This document shows, piece by piece, positions 27,001 through 36,000 of a stretch of DNA of 64,000 nt. The stretch's first letter is position 1; each line of letters opens with the position of its first letter. Source of the stretch: Candidatus Omnitrophota bacterium (GTDB taxonomy: Bacteria; Omnitrophota; Omnitrophia; Omnitrophales; Aquincolibacteriaceae); assembly GCA_035352955.1 (NCBI GenBank), contig DAOPYQ010000003.1, positions 208,206 to 272,205 of the forward strand. Direction: 5' to 3'. The notes below the pieces were generated by a model. The model saw only the letters and a list, made by a program, of their open reading frames with translations. It was not told where the DNA came from and did no database searches. The position numbers and the translations under genes are program-made.

Positions 27001-30000
27001 CGGCGGACCCCCACGCGCAGGTTCCAGGCATAAGCCTGAAGGCCCAGCATGTTATCGATATCCGGCATCGCGGCCATCTTCTCAAGCGCCAAGCGGATCG
27101 TTTCAAACTCGGCATAAAATTTCGGATAAGAACCGGAATTAAGGAGATAGCGGCTCAAAAGGAAAGCATTCCCCGCCGCAACGGAATCCTGCGTGGCATG
27201 CATCAACCGATGATACTGGGACGCGCGATCCTGCCCCCCGGCAAGAACCTCGCTATAAGCTCTCGAAGAGGCGATTAACTGCGCACGAACCCCAGCGATC
27301 TCCCGGACGGAGTTCTGTTTCTCTCTTTGAACGTTCGGGTTCTTTTCAGCCGCCGCGTCCCGTGCGAGGTGCTGTTCCACGGCTTCGAGCTTGTTCACAA
27401 GGACATTCTGATCGGCCACAAGCTTTTCGATCCCGGCCTTGCCGGAAGCCAGGACGGTACCGTCCCCGGCAACGACTCCGGGAAAAGGATCGAGAATATT
27501 TTCCGCCTGGGCAGAATCCTTGGCGGCGATCTTGGCGGAGGCTAAAAGCCCGTTCAGAGGAAATTCCGTCCCGTTGACCAGCTGCCGAAGCGCGCGCATG
27601 GTTCCCGCATAATTCGAACGCGTCGCGAGTAATTTTGTTTCGGCCTGCCCGACATTGGCTTCGGCGGCAGCCAGCTGGACTTTCAACTCATCTCGAGGCT
27701 CTGCCGCGCCGCGGGCTTTCGTATCAAGATCCACGGTCTCGCGAAGTTTCTCAAGAGAACGCCTCTCACTCGAAAGCTGATTGCCGGCGGCAGTCACGAG
27801 GTCCCTTTGATAGCGAAGAAGACTTGTCAAACTCCTCACCGCGGCTTCGAGCCGCTGCGCGGCATCATCAAAATACTGGTCCGCGCTCTCGCCGGAAAGG
27901 CGGGTCTGGACCTTTTGTGAAAAATAGGAAATATTCATGAGGGTCGCTTTAATGCCGACGCCGATCTCGCCTTTCAGCTGATCCAGGCCGCTGACGTTCC
28001 AACCCGTGGAATTATCATAGCTGACCCCGTAAAGCGCGGAAGCAAAGACCCGTCCCCACTCAACGGTCCGGGTCTGCAGGGCATCCACATCCTTTTTCTC
28101 TCGCGCGGTGCTGAGCTGGGTCTTCGCAGCGGCTTCATAGAGCGCGCGGTCGAGCAAATCCGCGTTTTTCCCGCCGTCCGCATCGTAAAAATCAAGCCAA
28201 CTGTCCGCGTCCTCGATACGTGACTGATCTTCCTCCGCAAATATTTTCGCGTCATTTTCCGTGAAGGCCTGCTCCCGCGACACAGGCGCCTTCCATTCAA
28301 ATGACCGCTCCGACAATCCTGCGTCCGCAAGAGCCTTGCGGATATATTCGGCATGTTTGGGATGTTTTTGCTGGATCTCATCAAAACGCGCCTTGAGGAT
28401 CTTGAGCGCCTGATCCGCCTGGCCGATGCGCATCCGGACCAGTTCCTGGTCTTTGACCGTCCCTTTCATCTGGCTTTCCATCGACAGCGAGTTGATGTTA
28501 GCGCTCAGATAATCGACGGGCTGGCGTTGACCTTCGTTCTCTTTGGTCACTCGCCCGGCATCCACGGCACCGATCGACTCGTTGAACATTTTTGCTTTTT
28601 GCATCGCGGCGACGACTTTTTCCTGGGCCGCAAAATCGGCGGCCTGCCGCTGGTGATCCCGTCTGAGCCGGTCCAGTTGCCGGAAATCGTCATCAAGCTG
28701 ATTCTGAAGCTGACGGATCTGGTCGACCCCGTTGCGCACGTCATACTGGAATTGTTCCTTTTCGACCCCGCGATCAAAAAGGTCCTGATTGCTTAACCAA
28801 AGATCGGCTTTGAGCCCGGCCCTCAGGGTACCGTCCGTCGCGATCGAAACTTCAGGAATCGCGACCGTCGCGTTCACGCCCGCAAGCGGCTTTTCCTGCG
28901 CGATCCCGGATTTGATCCGGGCGGCCGCGGCAAGGATCCGCGCTTCAATGTAGTTACGGCTCAGGCCCATTCCTTCCATGCTTTCCTGGACGTTTTCCAT
29001 CGTGAACGCCGCCGCCGGGTCCTGGATCTCGGCATTCGGTCGATGATTGGTCAAACGCTTGATCTCCACGAGACGGGCTTCCCGGCTCGCGCGCAGGACC
29101 TCTTTCTCGCCTTCGATCCCCTTGATCTTGCTGTCAATGATCCTGAACGATTCGGGGGTCTTCGTCACACCCGGCTGCGACTGAATGTCGGTCTTGATGC
29201 CTTTTAGCCGGAAAATCATTCGATCCGCCATCGTCATTTGATCGTTCAGAAGAGCGACCTCATAAGCATTTTCATAAAAAGAGCGTAACCGGGTATCCGC
29301 GACAAGTTTGGTGTCCGCTTCCCGGGACAAAAGTTCGGCGGCGCGGACTTTGGTCTCCCAAGTACGGCTGAGATTCACGGGCTCGAAACGGAACACAAGC
29401 TCTCCGTTGACCAAGTCGGCCGTTCCGACTTCTTTCACATAGGTTTGTTGCTCGGTCGTAAGCTTCGTCCGGGCAGCAGCGGCGGTCGGGATATGGATCA
29501 CCGTCCCCTGATCGGGATCCGCACTGGGCGTATAATCCAGTTTCGCAGGAGTTGTCGTAGTCGTCGTGACCGTGATCTTCGTTTTTTCCTGACGAGGCGT
29601 CCATTTCACGTTCGCGTAAAGTTGGAACCACTTCTGCAGAATGCCCATCGCCTCGAGATTCGATTTCGCGATCTCCTGATCCTTCTTGGCCATCAGAAGG
29701 TCCAGATTGTTCGCCAAAAGATCCTTCGCCATCCCGTCAAGAGTAGGCGCCATTTTGTCCTGGGTGGTAGCCCACGTGGTGCCTGCGGCCAACCCGGAAA
29801 AACCGGCGATCGGAAAATCCTGCACGCTCGTGGCGGTACGATCCACAAAAGATTTTGGAACAAACGTTTTTTCGCGCGCTCCTGGCGCAACAAAAGTATT
29901 GGCAGCACCGCTCATCGCGGGGGCCGGCGGCGTGGCCGCCTCCGGGTTCAGGAGCGGTGTCATAGGCGCAACCTCTTCGGTCGCGGGCACGCCGGTCACG

Positions 30001-33000
30001 CCGACCATCTTTTGGGCCAACTGGTCCAGCGTCTCTTCGACCATTTTGAGGTCTTGGTCGTTTCGAACGCTCCGCTTTAAATAATCCACGCGATCGTGGA
30101 ATGCGGCCCGGTTTTTGTCATCCTTGATCATGCTTTCATTGCGCTTCATGGTGGCATCGAAAACTTCCAGCGCGAGTTCCAGCTCCGCAGGGACTTTTTC
30201 TTTGACTTCCTGAACCTTCTGGATGTCTTGCGGAACGCGCGGGACCGCGGTTCCCATAACTTTCGCCGGGGTTGGAGTCACTTTCGCCGGGATCGGCGCA
30301 GATGTCACTTTCTTGATCGCTTCGGGCGAAAGCAGATCCCCGGAACCGGGCAACACCACCGGCGGCAACTCACGCTGCCTCGCCGTCGCCGGTTTCGCGG
30401 CTTCCGCCGGATTCACCGTTCCGGTTTTCGAAACCGCCTCCGTCCCGGAAACATTTTCTTTCGCCGCGTCCTCTCTGGCAAATTTGTCCGCGAGCGTCCG
30501 TTCTTCATCCGTCATCGGTCCCACAGGCTCGGGGGCAAGCGGGATCACAGTCCCCTTGGATTCCTTGGCAGGCATCAATCCGACGGCGCTTCCGAGGAAT
30601 TTCACGACCTCCACAGGCCATCCTGAAAAAGTCATGCCCTTCCCCGTCGCGGAACTTCCGGTTTTCTCCGGAACATAATCCAAACGGGCCGGCCCCTCAG
30701 GAGCGATCAACATCTTCGAGGCCTCGAATTCAAGATCGGTGAAGATCTGCTGAGGATCCGCGCCGTTCTTCAGGGCTTCTCTCATCGTGACCGTCGATTC
30801 ATAGAAAGCAGTATCCCGGTATTGCGGATCCACCTGGTCCCTGAGGTTTGCCACACGCCGGTCAAACTCATCCACCGGACCCGCCCATTCCTCGCTCTTG
30901 GCCGGCTCCGCGATCACAGCGCCGGCCCCGGCAGGGCCTTCCACCATAATGCTCAGAACACGGACGGCATCCGTGGTGGCTTGCTCCGCTTCAGTCCCCC
31001 TCAGTGCGGCCGTCTTCATATCGGCCCCAAAGAGTTCTACGGAACCGCTCACTTCGATCGTCTCGTTATACGGGTTCAGGTTCCCGCCGTTCATAAGCCA
31101 GTAAAATTTGTTCTCTTCCTTCCCGGTCGTCCGGTTCAAAGCGCCCTTGGCCTGGCCGCCGATATAAGACAGAACATACGGGACCTCTTCCCGGGGAATG
31201 GCCACCACACCGCTCTTCACCCGGTTAAGACGCTCGGAAAAAATCCCCCCGATCGCACGCAACGGTTCCGACGCGGGATCCACCGAATACCGCACATAAA
31301 GCTTCCCATCCGTCCCGAGAAAATAATTCCCGCTCTCGAAATGATGCCCAAAACCGCCGGCGTCCTTCATGCTTTCAAGAACGTCATCCCGATAACTCGA
31401 CGGCAACGAGCCACTCTTCGAAACGCTCTTCAACCACGACTCCAGATGCGCCTTCGCCGCCTCCGGCGTCACAGCAGCCGGCTCCACCACGATCTTCTGC
31501 GCGACCGCCGGCTCCGCCACTTTTACTTCCGTGACAGCCAACGGCGTTTCCGCCTTCGGCGCAGCCGCGGATTCAGCTTTAGCCGCAACAGCTTTTTCAG
31601 CAACCTTGGGGGTTTCGACCTTCACTTCCGTTCTCGGCGCAACCACGGATTCTTCCGCGCGCTGGTTTACCCCGCTCAACCGATCCGCAACATTGGCCAG
31701 TTTTCCTACCGTAGCAACAACCACCGAGGGCATCATCCTGACCCCGACGCCCCCGATACCCGCTGCGGGCTGCTTCGAAGTTTCCGGAACGGTCTTGGCG
31801 CCGGACCCCTTCGCTGAGATCGACGTCCCGGCGGCCATCCGTGACTGGTACGCCCGGAACTGTTCTAAAAGTATTTCAAAGTGGGATACAGGATCTCCGT
31901 TGGGACGGCTCGTGCGATACACCGACCAGCCCGCCAGAGCGGCTTCAAGATCCTTGATCCGTTCGCGGGGAATCTTTTGCGTGGACTCCCGATTAGCGCC
32001 AAAAAGCTTTTCCACTGTAAACCGGACTGCAATGTCCCCGTCCTTGTCGACAAAATAAGCTCCCGGATTATATGAAGTCATGGTCCAGAGAGCCTTGCGC
32101 ATCGCGCTTTTCTCGTCACTCGGAATATCGTTGGAATTCTTCACCCACGTTTCCACGGACTCACGCGCTTTCACCTGAGCCTCGGTATCGAACGACACGT
32201 GGTCCGGAGCCCTGTCGTTCCGCACGATGTCTTCCCCAAGCTTCACAAAACTGCCCGGGATCGATTTCACTCCGCGGACAAGGCTGGTCCCGGCTTTGGC
32301 GACGGCATGCTCGACCGTCTGAACCGCGCCGCGCTTCTGATCGGCCGGAGCATTCTTGAGAACCTCGGTCGTTTTCGCGTAGGCTTCGATCGCTCCGAGC
32401 ATTTCCTTGTCGTCTAAACGAACCAAAAGGATCGGTGTTCCACCTGCCGCACGCTTGAAGATCCACCACGACCGGTTCTTCCTGGCAACTTCCAGTGCTT
32501 CCCGCGACGATTTCCCTTTCGCGAGCTCCCCCGCGATCGTGTTAAAAACCCGGTCATAATCCTCGGGAGCGGCGTTGCTGAAGCTCTTGTCCAGGATCAC
32601 CTTCTTCAGATGATCTTTCGCAGCCTCTTGGGCATTTTCCAAATCACCCACTTTAAATTCCTTCACAACCGCCGCCGGCGTTTCCACAGCCACGGGTTTC
32701 TCCGCAACTCTGGGGGCTTCGGTTTTTACTTCCGCCTTCGGCGCAACCACGGGTTCAGCTTTAGCCACGACGGGTTTTTCAGCAACCTTGGGAGTTTCGA
32801 TTTTCACTTCCGCTTTCGGCGCAACCACGGGCTCAGCCTTGGCCACGACGGGTTTTTCAGCAACCTTGGGAGTTTCGATTTTCACTTCCGCTTTCGGCGC
32901 AACCACGGGCGCAACCTTAACAACAACGGGCTCAGCCTTAGCCACGACGGGTTTTTCCGCGACTTTCGCAGCAATCACCGGCTGCGGCATTTCAGCCCTC

Positions 33001-36000
33001 AGCTGATTCATGGCCATCGTGACATATTCTGCTTTCCCCGGACGCGGACCGGTGCCGAAAACTCTTTCGGCTTCGGATTCGACCTTTTTCTCCGCCGCGG
33101 CGATCCTTGCCTGCCAAAGCTGGTACGGGGTCATCGGTTCCGAGCCGGCATCCCCTTCAAAAACATGCCGTCCCACAACCTTACCCGCTTCGTCCCTAGC
33201 AATCTTGACGGTCACCTGGACGTTTCCGGTCGTCTTGTCCGCCACTCTCGTCACTCCGGCCGCAGCCGTAAGCCGGTTCGCCCAGAAAAGTTTGGACATC
33301 TTTAAATCAACGAGCTTTTTTCCTAAGGCGTTCTTGGTAGCAGCATCGGTAGCCGCCGCCCAATCCCGCTCCATGTCCCGGACATCTTCTCCCAAACGCC
33401 GTTCACGCCATGGAGCAATCAAGCCGTCCAAGACCAAATGCTCCCCGCCTACCACCGCGCCAACCACTCCGGAGTTCACGGTATTCGTGGTAATCCCAAG
33501 CAGCCCCACCGCCCCAAGGGTATCCGCGAACGTGGGCTGTTCACCGCTTCTTTGCATCTCGGCAAGCTTCACCTGTTTGTCGTGGTCCCCTTCAATGGCT
33601 TTCACAAGCGGCGCGATAAAAGTAATATTGAGCCATTCATCCAGTTTTTCCGCATAGCTAACGATCACGCTGATCTCATGAGTGACGAACCACATGCTGA
33701 ACGTCCCGAAGACCATCCCGATCCAGAATTTCCTGCTCGTCAGAAGATTGTGCCTCGCCTGCCGTTTGACGACGGCTTCCGGCGCGAGCTCAGAGAGCCG
33801 GGAGTCGATCGGGGAACCATGCTGGGCCAAAAGACCGAGAAGAGCCTCGTCCACCGAAGAACTAATGACGCTTGAATCCAAACGGTCGAGATCAAAAGCC
33901 TTTGCGGAAAGGTACTGCTCCAGAAGCCGAAGAAGCATGACTTTTTGGTCCGGCGACAAATCACTTTTCTGAACTGACTGGACGAACAGGACGAGTTCCT
34001 GCGCCGAACCTGACTCCAGCAGAAGCCCCTGATTTTTAAGGGTCCGTACCGCCTCTTGAATTGCACGGGGATCGCGTGGATTAAGCGAAGGGTTCAGGGT
34101 CCTGAGGATCGTGTTCGTCGCGACACGGACTCTAAGCTGAAGCATGTTCTGTTTCAGCTGGGTAGAATACTGGAGAAGAAAGTTCAGCATTCCGGAACTG
34201 CCGAACGCACCGATCGTAAAATGAAATGTTTGCGATTTGATGAAATCGACGGCCGGAGTATTCCAGACCAACCCGTTGTTCAAGAGGTCGAATTGCGGGC
34301 CCATGTGCGGCATGGGAATATTAATACCGAATACATTCAGCGCCCGGGTCGCGAGATCCGCTCTCCCGGCCGTTTCAACCCCCGCATGCAAAAGCGTCGG
34401 ATCAAGCCCCATATGCATCCCGCCAAACACCGCGAGGCCCAGCAACGTGTGGATCACGATCTTCCGGACAATCCAGCCGGTCGTCACGTCCTTCCCGCTT
34501 TTCCGGAGCTCCTGGTACTGGCGGTAATCACGGATCGCCATAAAAGACCAGACCCCCGCCATCACGATCAAAAACACGGGGAGATTGGTCCCGACCAAAG
34601 TCAGGGCAACACCGCTTACCTGGCTGTAGAGCATCAGACGGCCGCGGTTCTTGATAAAATTGGATAGCCCGGCGATGCCGCTCATCTGGAGCGCTACCCA
34701 CATGTAATACCCCGGAGGGGTGCGCTGCAGAACCAGCATTTTTCCGTTGAAGGTTTTTTCACTTTGAAACCGGCTCCAGAAACCTTTCCCCGCTTCGTCC
34801 CGGATCTCTTTTTCGGAGGCCTTGATCGTCGCTTGGGCCATTTCGTCGGAAAGCCAGCGCTGGTTCCTGCCGCCGAGCCAGAAATACTGGATCGGGATAC
34901 GGATGAACTGGATGAAGAAACCGTCCAGAAGATGATAACCGACACCGAAAAGGATGTGAGCTGTTTTGCCGAGCACGAACGCGATACCCTTTTTGAAAAA
35001 GGCTCCTCGGCCGCCGGCTATCTGAACTTCCTTACGAGCCTCTGCTTTGACGCCTTCCCAGAAAAGAAAAACCACGGCACCAGCGATCGATCCAACGATC
35101 GCAATCGGCAGAATGGCCGCCATGCCGGTCACTCCCAAGGTGACCGCAATAGCCCCCGTCAAGATCCCGCTCAAAATCCCGGTAACCAGTACGCCTACCC
35201 GGCGTTTGTCCACTTCGTCAGAGGATTCTCCGAACGCCTTGCTCTTATGGATCCGGACAAATTCCGAAAATTCCTTGATCGACAAATTGACCTTGGTCCG
35301 CCACCGGAGTGTGGAGTCCGAGATCTTAAGCTCGCCATACTTGCCGGCCTCAGGATTCGCGACTTTACCTCCTATATAGAAGGTCTCCCCCAGGGCCGTC
35401 TTAATAGCCCATGCCTGCGTTCCGGGCATTTGTTTGACTTCAAAGCCAAGCATAATGCCAAGAGCCCGCCAGAACGCTACGGCAAATCCTATAGCGGTAA
35501 ACCCGAAAACGATTGGGACCGAAAAACCCAAAAAGCTGAAGATCGCCGCGAGAACAATCCCCACTCCCGTAAACACGGCCAGTGTCTTGAGAGCACGGAC
35601 GCTCAGCAGCCGAAACAGCAGTGTGGGTCCGGCCTCGGCAAGAGCCGCCCCGCCCGGAGCGTTCAAAATACGGCCATATTCAACGGCAACCCTTTCCCGG
35701 ACTTCCGCTTCTCCCGTCGTTGCCTGTACTGCAACAGGCGCGGTGGCGGCTTGAGCTGCCGGCGCAGGGGCCGGAGCGGCAGCGGCGGCAGCTTCTCTTG
35801 CCGCAGCTTCATCCATGAGTTTCCTTTGGGCTATTTTCTCGGCAACCTTCGCCTGGACCGCCTCAATTTTCAGGCGGACCATATAAACGCTCAGCGGAAT
35901 CTGATGTTCGACTAGCAAGCGGATCTTCGGAGCGATCTCGGTCGCGAGTTTGTCCGCGCCATACCATATAAGGATCGTGTTCAGCGTATCCTGCGGGATC

